Assembly: GCA_030704615.1 (NCBI GenBank)
Contig: CM060734.1
Span: forward strand, 5,022,001-5,086,000
Length of the DNA: 64,000 nucleotides
Direction: 5' to 3'
From: Takakia lepidozioides
Taxonomy: Eukaryota; Plantae; Bryophyta
The notes below the pieces were generated by a model. It did not search any database. It worked only from the letters and a program-made list of their open reading frames with translations, and had not been told where the DNA came from. Positions 50,801 to 64,000 of the stretch are shown here, in pieces. Position 1 is the stretch's first letter. Every line of letters begins with the position of its first letter. Position numbers and translations under genes: made by a program.

Positions 50801-53800
50801 AAATTTTGAGCTAGGCCTTGGTAAGACAGCTTGCTGGAGTAGACGTGTACACCTTATACATGATCCGGTCAATGCACATTACTCTTGTTTGCCGGTCCCC
50901 TGTAGCCGATGCCTTATGTCAGATTTAGATACCTCATGATAAGAACGAGTTCCATTTCTTTGGCTCAAATGTTTCCATGTTTCTCCTGGTTATGGCTTTG
51001 CTCTTTATAGCACCATAAAAAAAATACCCAATTATGATGTGCTGCTGGTAGATGTTTTGTCTGAATATAACCAGGCGGTAAACCCCTGCCAGACTTCATC
51101 ACCCAAGTCCCAATACCTGCCCCCTTTGGTTTTGTACACCCAAAACAAGGGGTGGGTAAACACTAAAAGTCTGATATAAGATTTCCCGATTGTTACTTTA
51201 TGACAATCATTAGGGCGACTATCTCTTGTTCCCTATGGCATACTGATGTGACAATGGAGCGACGATATGACAAGCTGATGGCTTTAAAGAGATCTGGTAA
51301 CATGCTACAATGTAGGGCAGACCTGTTTTCATGACCAGACAGTGTTCTTGAATGTACAAGCATTGGAAACTTAGCCTCTTTTAGAAGCTGGTTACTTTAG
51401 GACACTTGATACCATGCCAAACTGATATGGATGGATCTTTCGTGGCCAAATCCGGTCCTTGGTTATATGCCCTCGAATGTTTACCTATTTTCCAAAACGG
51501 TAAGACATTGGTAGACGTGAAGAGAATGATTCAGGCATTGTATTCAAGTTGCTTTAGGATAAATAGTACCAAAGTAACCTGCAGGCCCGATGGGATGAGC
51601 AATTCAGATTCTTTGTGTTTCCTATGGATGATTGCATGGCATGTAAATCTGATTACAGCCTGTTATGGTAATGATTTCCCTACCCCAGACATAGAACTTG
51701 GTCTTGGGGCATGGAATAAGAGGTGGGAATATTACTCTACCCTACCATTGAAATTACACACCAGCCCCAGATCTAAAACAGATCATGGGGCAAAAAACAT
51801 GGTGTCAATAAGTGACTTGATGTGCGAAATAGGGCAGCTGATTACACCCCGTTGTATAAGCTGCCAAATATTCAGTCCGTAACCCTGCTTTGGTGATGTT
51901 CTCTATGTAAAGAAATGCTCTTATTTTGTTCTTACGCCTTCTACGATCATAAATGGCTTCTTTAAGACCAACAGACATTTCCAGCCATGAACAGTGATCA
52001 ATGGATCTTTATTTGGACATGGATACTTACTGCTCAGTCACTTTGGTATGTCCAATGATACAAAGAACCCAAAACTATACTAGTTCTTGGGCCAACAATA
52101 AATTAGGATGGTTGGTTATGCCTTGGTATGTAAGCTGACCAAAAAATACAGACCGAATGACATGGCATGTCATGAATGGCACTTTTTAGCATGCTGAACA
52201 ACGGTTTCCTGCTATGAACAGTGGTAATTGAGTCTCTCATTTTTCCCACCCAGAGACTTCATTGACTTTGAAGTCTGGGATTTGTCATAAAGCTGACTTG
52301 TGAATGAAGAATGGTTGATAATGAGGCTGATTCGTCGTTAATTTTACAATGACCTTGTCAGGTCTTTGTCCATGTCTCGACGAGACATAAGTATCTTCCC
52401 TCTCTGATTTAGACCAGTGTACTTGGTGGTTCTTGTACACATTATCAACCAATCTCCCTTCTGTTTTCAGTTTTATGTTTGATTTACTAACACCTTGGTC
52501 TGAGCATGACAAAAGGTTATCAATATATGTTCCTGATCGAAGTGATGAACCCAAGGCAATGGGAAGGCCAAAGCCATGAGATATCAGCCTCCTCTCCCGC
52601 CATGACCATGGTGTGGAGCAAGCAAGTCCTTCATAAGGTAAGATCTTCTCCAGCAAAAATATGTTGGCTAATTGGTCATGGAGAGTAAGGCATCCTTGAA
52701 GGTACCTGAGATAAGCATAGAACATCTATAGGGCTTCTGAATGCTGAAATTTTGAGCTAGGCCTTGGTAAGACAGCTTGCTGGAGTAGACGTGTACACCT
52801 TATACATGATCCGGTCAATGCACATTACTCTTGTTTGCCGGTCCCCTGTAGCCGATGCCTTATGTCAGATTTAGATACCTCATGATAAGAACGAGTTCCA
52901 TTTCTTTGGCTCAAATGTTTCCATGTTTCTCCTGGTTATGGCTTTGCTCTTTATAGCACCATAAAAAAAATACCCAATTATGATGTGCTGCTGGTAGATG
53001 TTTTGTCTGAATATAACCAGGCGGTAAACCCCTGCCAGACTTCATCACCCAAGTCCCAATACCTGCCCCCTTTGGTTTTGTACACCCAAAACAAGGGGTG
53101 GGTAAACACTAAAAGTCTGATATAAGATTTCCCGATTGTTACTTTATGACAATCATTAGGGCGACTATCTCTTGTTCCCTATGGCATACTGATGTGACAA
53201 TGGAGCGACGATATGACAAGCTGATGGCTTTAAAGAGATCTGGTAACATGCTACAATGTAGGGCAGACCTGTTTTCATGACCAGACAGTGTTCTTGAATG
53301 TACAAGCATTGGAAACTTAGCCTCTTTTAGAAGCTGGTTACTTTAGGACACTTGATACCATGCCAAACTGATATGGATGGATCTTTCGTGGCCAAATCCG
53401 GTCCTTGGTTATATGCCCTCGAATGTTTACCTATTTTCCAAAACGGTAAGACATTGGTAGACGTGAAGAGAATGATTCAGGCATTGTATTCAAGTTGCTT
53501 TAGGATAAATAGTACCAAAGTAACCTGCAGGCCCGATGGGATGAGCAATTCAGATTCTTTGTGTTTCCTATGGATGATTGCATGGCATGTAAATCTGATT
53601 ACAGCCTGTTATGGTAATGATTTCCCTACCCCAGACATAGAACTTGGTCTTGGGGCATGGAATAAGAGGTGGGAATATTACTCTACCCTACCATTGAAAT
53701 TACACACCAGCCCCAGATCTAAAACAGATCATGGGGCAAAAAACATGGTGTCAATAAGTGACTTGATGTGCGAAATAGGGCAGCTGATTACACCCCGTTG

Positions 53801-56800
53801 TATAAGCTGCCAAATATTCAGTCCGTAACCCTGCTTTGGTGATGTTCTCTATGTAAAGAAATGCTCTTATTTTGTTCTTACGCCTTCTACGATCATAAAT
53901 GGCTTCTTTAAGACCAACAGACATTTCCAGCCATGAACAGTGATCAATGGATCTTTATTTGGACATGGATACTTACTGCTCAGTCACTTTGGTATGTCCA
54001 ATGATACAAAGAACCCAAAACTATACTAGTTCTTGGGCCAACAATAAATTAGGATGGTTGGTTATGCCTTGGTATGTAAGCTGACCAAAAAATACAGACC
54101 GAATGACATGGCATGTCATGAATGGCACTTTTTAGCATGCTGAACAACGGTTTCCTGCTATGAACAGTGGTAATTGAGTCTCTCATTTTTCCCACCCAGA
54201 GACTTCATTGACTTTGAAGTCTGGGATTTGTCATAAAGCTGACTTGTGAATGAAGAATGGTTGATAATGAGGCTGATTCGTCGTTAATTTTACAATGACC
54301 TTGTCAGGTCTTTGTCCATGTCTCGACGAGACATAAGTATCTTCCCTCTCTGATTTAGACCAGTGTACTTGGTGGTTCTTGTACACATTATCAACCAATC
54401 TCCCTTCTGTTTTCAGTTTTATGTTTGATTTACTAACACCTTGGTCTGAGCATGACAAAAGGTTATCAATATATGTTCCTGATCGAAGTGATGAACCCAA
54501 GGCAATGGGAAGGCCAAAGCCATGAGATATCAGCCTCCTCTCCCGCCATGACCATGGTGTGGAGCAAGCAAGTCCTTCATAAGGTAAGATCTTCTCCAGC
54601 AAAAATATGTTGGCTAATTGGTCATGGAGAGTAAGGCATCCTTGAAGGTACCTGAGATAAGCATAGAACATCTATAGGGCTTCTGAATGCTGAAATTTTG
54701 AGCTAGGCCTTGGTAAGACAGCTTGCTGGAGTAGACGTGTACACCTTATACATGATCCGGTCAATGCACATTACTCTTGTTTGCCGGTCCCCTGTAGCCG
54801 ATGCCTTATGTCAGATTTAGATACCTCATGATAAGAACGAGTTCCATTTCTTTGGCTCAAATGTTTCCATGTTTCTCCTGGTTATGGCTTTGCTCTTTAT
54901 AGCACCATAAAAAAAATACCCAATTATGATGTGCTGCTGGTAGATGTTTTGTCTGAATATAACCAGGCGGTAAACCCCTGCCAGACTTCATCACCCAAGT
55001 CCCAATACCTGCCCCCTTTGGTTTTGTACACCCAAAACAAGGGGTGGGTAAACACTAAAAGTCTGATATAAGATTTCCCGATTGTTACTTTATGACAATC
55101 ATTAGGGCGACTATCTCTTGTTCCCTATGGCATACTGATGTGACAATGGAGCGACGATATGACAAGCTGATGGCTTTAAAGAGATCTGGTAACATGCTAC
55201 AATGTAGGGCAGACCTGTTTTCATGACCAGACAGTGTTCTTGAATGTACAAGCATTGGAAACTTAGCCTCTTTTAGAAGCTGGTTACTTTAGGACACTTG
55301 ATACCATGCCAAACTGATATGGATGGATCTTTCGTGGCCAAATCCGGTCCTTGGTTATATGCCCTCGAATGTTTACCTATTTTCCAAAACGGTAAGACAT
55401 TGGTAGACGTGAAGAGAATGATTCAGGCATTGTATTCAAGTTGCTTTAGGATAAATAGTACCAAAGTAACCTGCAGGCCCGATGGGATGAGCAATTCAGA
55501 TTCTTTGTGTTTCCTATGGATGATTGCATGGCATGTAAATCTGATTACAGCCTGTTATGGTAATGATTTCCCTACCCCAGACATAGAACTTGGTCTTGGG
55601 GCATGGAATAAGAGGTGGGAATATTACTCTACCCTACCATTGAAATTACACACCAGCCCCAGATCTAAAACAGATCATGGGGCAAAAAACATGGTGTCAA
55701 TAAGTGACTTGATGTGCGAAATAGGGCAGCTGATTACACCCCGTTGTATAAGCTGCCAAATATTCAGTCCGTAACCCTGCTTTGGTGATGTTCTCTATGT
55801 AAAGAAATGCTCTTATTTTGTTCTTACGCCTTCTACGATCATAAATGGCTTCTTTAAGACCAACAGACATTTCCAGCCATGAACAGTGATCAATGGATCT
55901 TTTATTTGGACATGGATACTTACTGCTCAGTCACTTTGGTATGTCCAATGATACAAAGAACCCAAAACTATACTAGTTCTTGGGCCAACAATAAATTAGG
56001 ATGGTTGGTTATGCCTTGGTATGTAAGCTGACCAAAAAATACAGACCGAATGACATGGCATGTCATGAATGGCACTTTTTAGCATGCTGAACAACGGTTT
56101 CCTGCTATGAACAGTGGTAATTGAGTCTCTCATTTTTCCCACCCAGAGACTTCATTGACTTTGAAGTCTGGGATTTGTCATAAAGCTGACTTGTGAATGA
56201 AGAATGGTTGATAATGAGGCTGATTCGTCGTTAATTTTACAATGACCTTGTCAGGTCTTTGTCCATGTCTCGACGAGACATAAGTATCTTCCCTCTCTGA
56301 TTTAGACCAGTGTACTTGGTGGTTCTTGTACACATTATCAACCAATCTCCCTTCTGTTTTCAGTTTTATGTTTGATTTACTAACACCTTGGTCTGAGCAT
56401 GACAAAAGGTTATCAATATATGTTCCTGATCGAAGTGATGAACCCAAGGCAATGGGAAGGCCAAAGCCATGAGATATCAGCCTCCTCTCCCGCCATGACC
56501 ATGGTGTGGAGCAAGCAAGTCCTTCATAAGGTAAGATCTTCTCCAGCAAAAATATGTTGGCTAATTGGTCATGGAGAGTAAGGCATCCTTGAAGGTACCT
56601 GAGATAAGCATAGAACATCTATAGGGCTTCTGAATGCTGAAATTTTGAGCTAGGCCTTGGTAAGACAGCTTGCTGGAGTAGACGTGTACACCTTATACAT
56701 GATCCGGTCAATGCACATTACTCTTGTTTGCCGGTCCCCTGTAGCCGATGCCTTATGTCAGATTTAGATACCTCATGATAAGAACGAGTTCCATTTCTTT

Positions 56801-59800
56801 GGCTCAAATGTTTCCATGTTTCTCCTGGTTATGGCTTTGCTCTTTATAGCACCATAAAAAAAATACCCAATTATGATGTGCTGCTGGTAGATGTTTTGTC
56901 TGAATATAACCAGGCGGTAAACCCCTGCCAGACTTCATCACCCAAGTCCCAATACCTGCCCCCTTTGGTTTTGTACACCCAAAACAAGGGGTGGGTAAAC
57001 ACTAAAAGTCTGATATAAGATTTCCCGATTGTTACTTTATGACAATCATTAGGGCGACTATCTCTTGTTCCCTATGGCATACTGATGTGACAATGGAGCG
57101 ACGATATGACAAGCTGATGGCTTTAAAGAGATCTGGTAACATGCTACAATGTAGGGCAGACCTGTTTTCATGACCAGACAGTGTTCTTGAATGTACAAGC
57201 ATTGGAAACTTAGCCTCTTTTAGAAGCTGGTTACTTTAGGACACTTGATACCATGCCAAACTGATATGGATGGATCTTTCGTGGCCAAATCCGGTCCTTG
57301 GTTATATGCCCTCGAATGTTTACCTATTTTCCAAAACGGTAAGACATTGGTAGACGTGAAGAGAATGATTCAGGCATTGTATTCAAGTTGCTTTAGGATA
57401 AATAGTACCAAAGTAACCTGCAGGCCCGATGGGATGAGCAATTCAGATTCTTTGTGTTTCCTATGGATGATTGCATGGCATGTAAATCTGATTACAGCCT
57501 GTTATGGTAATGATTTCCCTACCCCAGACATAGAACTTGGTCTTGGGGCATGGAATAAGAGGTGGGAATATTACTCTACCCTACCATTGAAATTACACAC
57601 CAGCCCCAGATCTAAAACAGATCATGGGGCAAAAAACATGGTGTCAATAAGTGACTTGATGTGCGAAATAGGGCAGCTGATTACACCCCGTTGTATAAGC
57701 TGCCAAATATTCAGTCCGTAACCCTGCTTTGGTGATGTTCTCTATGTAAAGAAATGCTCTTATTTTGTTCTTACGCCTTCTACGATCATAAATGGCTTCT
57801 TTAAGACCAACAGACATTTCCAGCCATGAACAGTGATCAATGGATCTTTATTTGGACATGGATACTTACTGCTCAGTCACTTTGGTATGTCCAATGATAC
57901 AAAGAACCCAAAACTATACTAGTTCTTGGGCCAACAATAAATTAGGATGGTTGGTTATGCCTTGGTATGTAAGCTGACCAAAAAATACAGACCGAATGAC
58001 ATGGCATGTCATGAATGGCACTTTTTAGCATGCTGAACAACGGTTTCCTGCTATGAACAGTGGTAATTGAGTCTCTCATTTTTCCCACCCAGAGACTTCA
58101 TTGACTTTGAAGTCTGGGATTTGTCATAAAGCTGACTTGTGAATGAAGAATGGTTGATAATGAGGCTGATTCGTCGTTAATTTTACAATGACCTTGTCAG
58201 GTCTTTGTCCATGTCTCGACGAGACATAAGTATCTTCCCTCTCTGATTTAGACCAGTGTACTTGGTGGTTCTTGTACACATTATCAACCAATCTCCCTTC
58301 TGTTTTCAGTTTTATGTTTGATTTACTAACACCTTGGTCTGAGCATGACAAAAGGTTATCAATATATGTTCCTGATCGAAGTGATGAACCCAAGGCAATG
58401 GGAAGGCCAAAGCCATGAGATATCAGCCTCCTCTCCCGCCATGACCATGGTGTGGAGCAAGCAAGTCCTTCATAAGGTAAGATCTTCTCCAGCAAAAATA
58501 TGTTGGCTAATTGGTCATGGAGAGTAAGGCATCCTTGAAGGTACCTGAGATAAGCATAGAACATCTATAGGGCTTCTGAATGCTGAAATTTTGAGCTAGG
58601 CCTTGGTAAGACAGCTTGCTGGAGTAGACGTGTACACCTTATACATGATCCGGTCAATGCACATTACTCTTGTTTGCCGGTCCCCTGTAGCCGATGCCTT
58701 ATGTCAGATTTAGATACCTCATGATAAGAACGAGTTCCATTTCTTTGGCTCAAATGTTTCCATGTTTCTCCTGGTTATGGCTTTGCTCTTTATAGCACCA
58801 TAAAAAAAATACCCAATTATGATGTGCTGCTGGTAGATGTTTTGTCTGAATATAACCAGGCGGTAAACCCCTGCCAGACTTCATCACCCAAGTCCCAATA
58901 CCTGCCCCCTTTGGTTTTGTACACCCAAAACAAGGGGTGGGTAAACACTAAAAGTCTGATATAAGATTTCCCGATTGTTACTTTATGACAATCATTAGGG
59001 CGACTATCTCTTGTTCCCTATGGCATACTGATGTGACAATGGAGCGACGATATGACAAGCTGATGGCTTTAAAGAGATCTGGTAACATGCTACAATGTAG
59101 GGCAGACCTGTTTTCATGACCAGACAGTGTTCTTGAATGTACAAGCATTGGAAACTTAGCCTCTTTTAGAAGCTGGTTACTTTAGGACACTTGATACCAT
59201 GCCAAACTGATATGGATGGATCTTTCGTGGCCAAATCCGGTCCTTGGTTATATGCCCTCGAATGTTTACCTATTTTCCAAAACGGTAAGACATTGGTAGA
59301 CGTGAAGAGAATGATTCAGGCATTGTATTCAAGTTGCTTTAGGATAAATAGTACCAAAGTAACCTGCAGGCCCGATGGGATGAGCAATTCAGATTCTTTG
59401 TGTTTCCTATGGATGATTGCATGGCATGTAAATCTGATTACAGCCTGTTATGGTAATGATTTCCCTACCCCAGACATAGAACTTGGTCTTGGGGCATGGA
59501 ATAAGAGGTGGGAATATTACTCTACCCTACCATTGAAATTACACACCAGCCCCAGATCTAAAACAGATCATGGGGCAAAAAACATGGTGTCAATAAGTGA
59601 CTTGATGTGCGAAATAGGGCAGCTGATTACACCCCGTTGTATAAGCTGCCAAATATTCAGTCCGTAACCCTGCTTTGGTGATGTTCTCTATGTAAAGAAA
59701 TGCTCTTATTTTGTTCTTACGCCTTCTACGATCATAAATGGCTTCTTTAAGACCAACAGACATTTCCAGCCATGAACAGTGATCAATGGATCTTTATTTG

Positions 59801-62800
59801 GACATGGATACTTACTGCTCAGTCACTTTGGTATGTCCAATGATACAAAGAACCCAAAACTATACTAGTTCTTGGGCCAACAATAAATTAGGATGGTTGG
59901 TTATGCCTTGGTATGTAAGCTGACCAAAAAATACAGACCGAATGACATGGCATGTCATGAATGGCACTTTTTAGCATGCTGAACAACGGTTTCCTGCTAT
60001 GAACAGTGGTAATTGAGTCTCTCATTTTTCCCACCCAGAGACTTCATTGACTTTGAAGTCTGGGATTTGTCATAAAGCTGACTTGTGAATGAAGAATGGT
60101 TGATAATGAGGCTGATTCGTCGTTAATTTTACAATGACCTTGTCAGGTCTTTGTCCATGTCTCGACGAGACATAAGTATCTTCCCTCTCTGATTTAGACC
60201 AGTGTACTTGGTGGTTCTTGTACACATTATCAACCAATCTCCCTTCTGTTTTCAGTTTTATGTTTGATTTACTAACACCTTGGTCTGAGCATGACAAAAG
60301 GTTATCAATATATGTTCCTGATCGAAGTGATGAACCCAAGGCAATGGGAAGGCCAAAGCCATGAGATATCAGCCTCCTCTCCCGCCATGACCATGGTGTG
60401 GAGCAAGCAAGTCCTTCATAAGGTAAGATCTTCTCCAGCAAAAATATGTTGGCTAATTGGTCATGGAGAGTAAGGCATCCTTGAAGGTACCTGAGATAAG
60501 CATAGAACATCTATAGGGCTTCTGAATGCTGAAATTTTGAGCTAGGCCTTGGTAAGACAGCTTGCTGGAGTAGACGTGTACACCTTATACATGATCCGGT
60601 CAATGCACATTACTCTTGTTTGCCGGTCCCCTGTAGCCGATGCCTTATGTCAGATTTAGATACCTCATGATAAGAACGAGTTCCATTTCTTTGGCTCAAA
60701 TGTTTCCATGTTTCTCCTGGTTATGGCTTTGCTCTTTATAGCACCATAAAAAAAATACCCAATTATGATGTGCTGCTGGTAGATGTTTTGTCTGAATATA
60801 ACCAGGCGGTAAACCCCTGCCAGACTTCATCACCCAAGTCCCAATACCTGCCCCCTTTGGTTTTGTACACCCAAAACAAGGGGTGGGTAAACACTAAAAG
60901 TCTGATATAAGATTTCCCGATTGTTACTTTATGACAATCATTAGGGCGACTATCTCTTGTTCCCTATGGCATACTGATGTGACAATGGAGCGACGATATG
61001 ACAAGCTGATGGCTTTAAAGAGATCTGGTAACATGCTACAATGTAGGGCAGACCTGTTTTCATGACCAGACAGTGTTCTTGAATGTACAAGCATTGGAAA
61101 CTTAGCCTCTTTTAGAAGCTGGTTACTTTAGGACACTTGATACCATGCCAAACTGATATGGATGGATCTTTCGTGGCCAAATCCGGTCCTTGGTTATATG
61201 CCCTCGAATGTTTACCTATTTTCCAAAACGGTAAGACATTGGTAGACGTGAAGAGAATGATTCAGGCATTGTATTCAAGTTGCTTTAGGATAAATAGTAC
61301 CAAAGTAACCTGCAGGCCCGATGGGATGAGCAATTCAGATTCTTTGTGTTTCCTATGGATGATTGCATGGCATGTAAATCTGATTACAGCCTGTTATGGT
61401 AATGATTTCCCTACCCCAGACATAGAACTTGGTCTTGGGGCATGGAATAAGAGGTGGGAATATTACTCTACCCTACCATTGAAATTACACACCAGCCCCA
61501 GATCTAAAACAGATCATGGGGCAAAAAACATGGTGTCAATAAGTGACTTGATGTGCGAAATAGGGCAGCTGATTACACCCCGTTGTATAAGCTGCCAAAT
61601 ATTCAGTCCGTAACCCTGCTTTGGTGATGTTCTCTATGTAAAGAAATGCTCTTATTTTGTTCTTACGCCTTCTACGATCATAAATGGCTTCTTTAAGACC
61701 AACAGACATTTCCAGCCATGAACAGTGATCAATGGATCTTTTATTTGGACATGGATACTTACTGCTCAGTCACTTTGGTATGTCCAATGATACAAAGAAC
61801 CCAAAACTATACTAGTTCTTGGGCCAACAATAAATTAGGATGGTTGGTTATGCCTTGGTATGTAAGCTGACCAAAAAATACAGACCGAATGACATGGCAT
61901 GTCATGAATGGCACTTTTTAGCATGCTGAACAACGGTTTCCTGCTATGAACAGTGGTAATTGAGTCTCTCATTTTTCCCACCCAGAGACTTCATTGACTT
62001 TGAAGTCTGGGATTTGTCATAAAGCTGACTTGTGAATGAAGAATGGTTGATAATGAGGCTGATTCGTCGTTAATTTTACAATGACCTTGTCAGGTCTTTG
62101 TCCATGTCTCGACGAGACATAAGTATCTTCCCTCTCTGATTTAGACCAGTGTACTTGGTGGTTCTTGTACACATTATCAACCAATCTCCCTTCTGTTTTC
62201 AGTTTTATGTTTGATTTACTAACACCTTGGTCTGAGCATGACAAAAGGTTATCAATATATGTTCCTGATCGAAGTGATGAACCCAAGGCAATGGGAAGGC
62301 CAAAGCCATGAGATATCAGCCTCCTCTCCCGCCATGACCATGGTGTGGAGCAAGCAAGTCCTTCATAAGGTAAGATCTTCTCCAGCAAAAATATGTTGGC
62401 TAATTGGTCATGGAGAGTAAGGCATCCTTGAAGGTACCTGAGATAAGCATAGAACATCTATAGGGCTTCTGAATGCTGAAATTTTGAGCTAGGCCTTGGT
62501 AAGACAGCTTGCTGGAGTAGACGTGTACACCTTATACATGATCCGGTCAATGCACATTACTCTTGTTTGCCGGTCCCCTGTAGCCGATGCCTTATGTCAG
62601 ATTTAGATACCTCATGATAAGAACGAGTTCCATTTCTTTGGCTCAAATGTTTCCATGTTTCTCCTGGTTATGGCTTTGCTCTTTATAGCACCATAAAAAA
62701 AATACCCAATTATGATGTGCTGCTGGTAGATGTTTTGTCTGAATATAACCAGGCGGTAAACCCCTGCCAGACTTCATCACCCAAGTCCCAATACCTGCCC

Positions 62801-64000
62801 CCTTTGGTTTTGTACACCCAAAACAAGGGGTGGGTAAACACTAAAAGTCTGATATAAGATTTCCCGATTGTTACTTTATGACAATCATTAGGGCGACTAT
62901 CTCTTGTTCCCTATGGCATACTGATGTGACAATGGAGCGACGATATGACAAGCTGATGGCTTTAAAGAGATCTGGTAACATGCTACAATGTAGGGCAGAC
63001 CTGTTTTCATGACCAGACAGTGTTCTTGAATGTACAAGCATTGGAAACTTAGCCTCTTTTAGAAGCTGGTTACTTTAGGACACTTGATACCATGCCAAAC
63101 TGATATGGATGGATCTTTCGTGGCCAAATCCGGTCCTTGGTTATATGCCCTCGAATGTTTACCTATTTTCCAAAACGGTAAGACATTGGTAGACGTGAAG
63201 AGAATGATTCAGGCATTGTATTCAAGTTGCTTTAGGATAAATAGTACCAAAGTAACCTGCAGGCCCGATGGGATGAGCAATTCAGATTCTTTGTGTTTCC
63301 TATGGATGATTGCATGGCATGTAAATCTGATTACAGCCTGTTATGGTAATGATTTCCCTACCCCAGACATAGAACTTGGTCTTGGGGCATGGAATAAGAG
63401 GTGGGAATATTACTCTACCCTACCATTGAAATTACACACCAGCCCCAGATCTAAAACAGATCATGGGGCAAAAAACATGGTGTCAATAAGTGACTTGATG
63501 TGCGAAATAGGGCAGCTGATTACACCCCGTTGTATAAGCTGCCAAATATTCAGTCCGTAACCCTGCTTTGGTGATGTTCTCTATGTAAAGAAATGCTCTT
63601 ATTTTGTTCTTACGCCTTCTACGATCATAAATGGCTTCTTTAAGACCAACAGACATTTCCAGCCATGAACAGTGATCAATGGATCTTTTATTTGGACATG
63701 GATACTTACTGCTCAGTCACTTTGGTATGTCCAATGATACAAAGAACCCAAAACTATACTAGTTCTTGGGCCAACAATAAATTAGGATGGTTGGTTATGC
63801 CTTGGTATGTAAGCTGACCAAAAAATACAGACCGAATGACATGGCATGTCATGAATGGCACTTTTTAGCATGCTGAACAACGGTTTCCTGCTATGAACAG
63901 TGGTAATTGAGTCTCTCATTTTTCCCACCCAGAGACTTCATTGACTTTGAAGTCTGGGATTTGTCATAAAGCTGACTTGTGAATGAAGAATGGTTGATAA
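20814..64000. repeat. Head-to-tail tandem array (macrosatellite) of a ~1946-bp unit, about 22.2 copies, running off the window end
   Basis: The anchor atcataaatggcttctttaagacc recurs at ~20824, 22766, 24717, 26668, 28609, 30545 and 32485, then every 1946-1947 bp to ~63624. The ORF track repeats with the same period. Confidence 0.98.

Noticed and set aside
31945-63560. Repeated 158-aa (+), 146-aa (-) and 60-aa ORFs as a tandem gene family
   Set aside because: No recognisable domain, the 158-aa ORF has a non-ATG start, and the ORFs are not preserved in type-A copies. They recur only because the DNA unit recurs.
20814-64000. rDNA (45S/5S), snRNA or tRNA gene array
   Set aside because: No conserved rRNA, 5S, U-snRNA or tRNA sequence was recognised in the unit on either strand. 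A covariance-model search would be needed to exclude this fully.

Overview
Eukaryotic, TE-rich nuclear DNA, probably from a non-seed land plant such as a moss (an inference from the TE types and intron style). No intact housekeeping gene is present. (1) 1-8.06 kb: decayed retroelement pieces, namely a LINE ORF1 remnant, a Ty3/gypsy gag, a short gypsy RT fragment in the opposite orientation, and a long LINE (L1/Tx1-like) ORF2 that is cut off at ~8060. (2) 8.06-20.1 kb: an unusual decayed DNA-element region. It holds a Crypton-like tyrosine recombinase C-terminus (+), a spliced gene on the minus strand encoding a ParB/Srx-like domain fused to a beta-class (N6-A/N4-C type) DNA methyltransferase-like domain, and a divergently oriented GCM/WRKY-fold Zn-finger gene. 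An inverted, diverged paralogous exon of the ParB-MTase gene sits at 9.1 kb. In both paralogues an array of 22-34 bp palindromes, most centred on GTYRAC, lies immediately upstream of the same exon, and the arm sequences differ between paralogues. Clusters of CGTGAGC hairpins mark likely element junctions. (3) ~20.8-64 kb: about 22 head-to-tail copies of a ~1946-bp unit of unknown origin. The unit occurs as two variants that differ largely at CpG sites, and the last ~16 copies are essentially identical. All domain calls are by-eye motif recognition, not database results.
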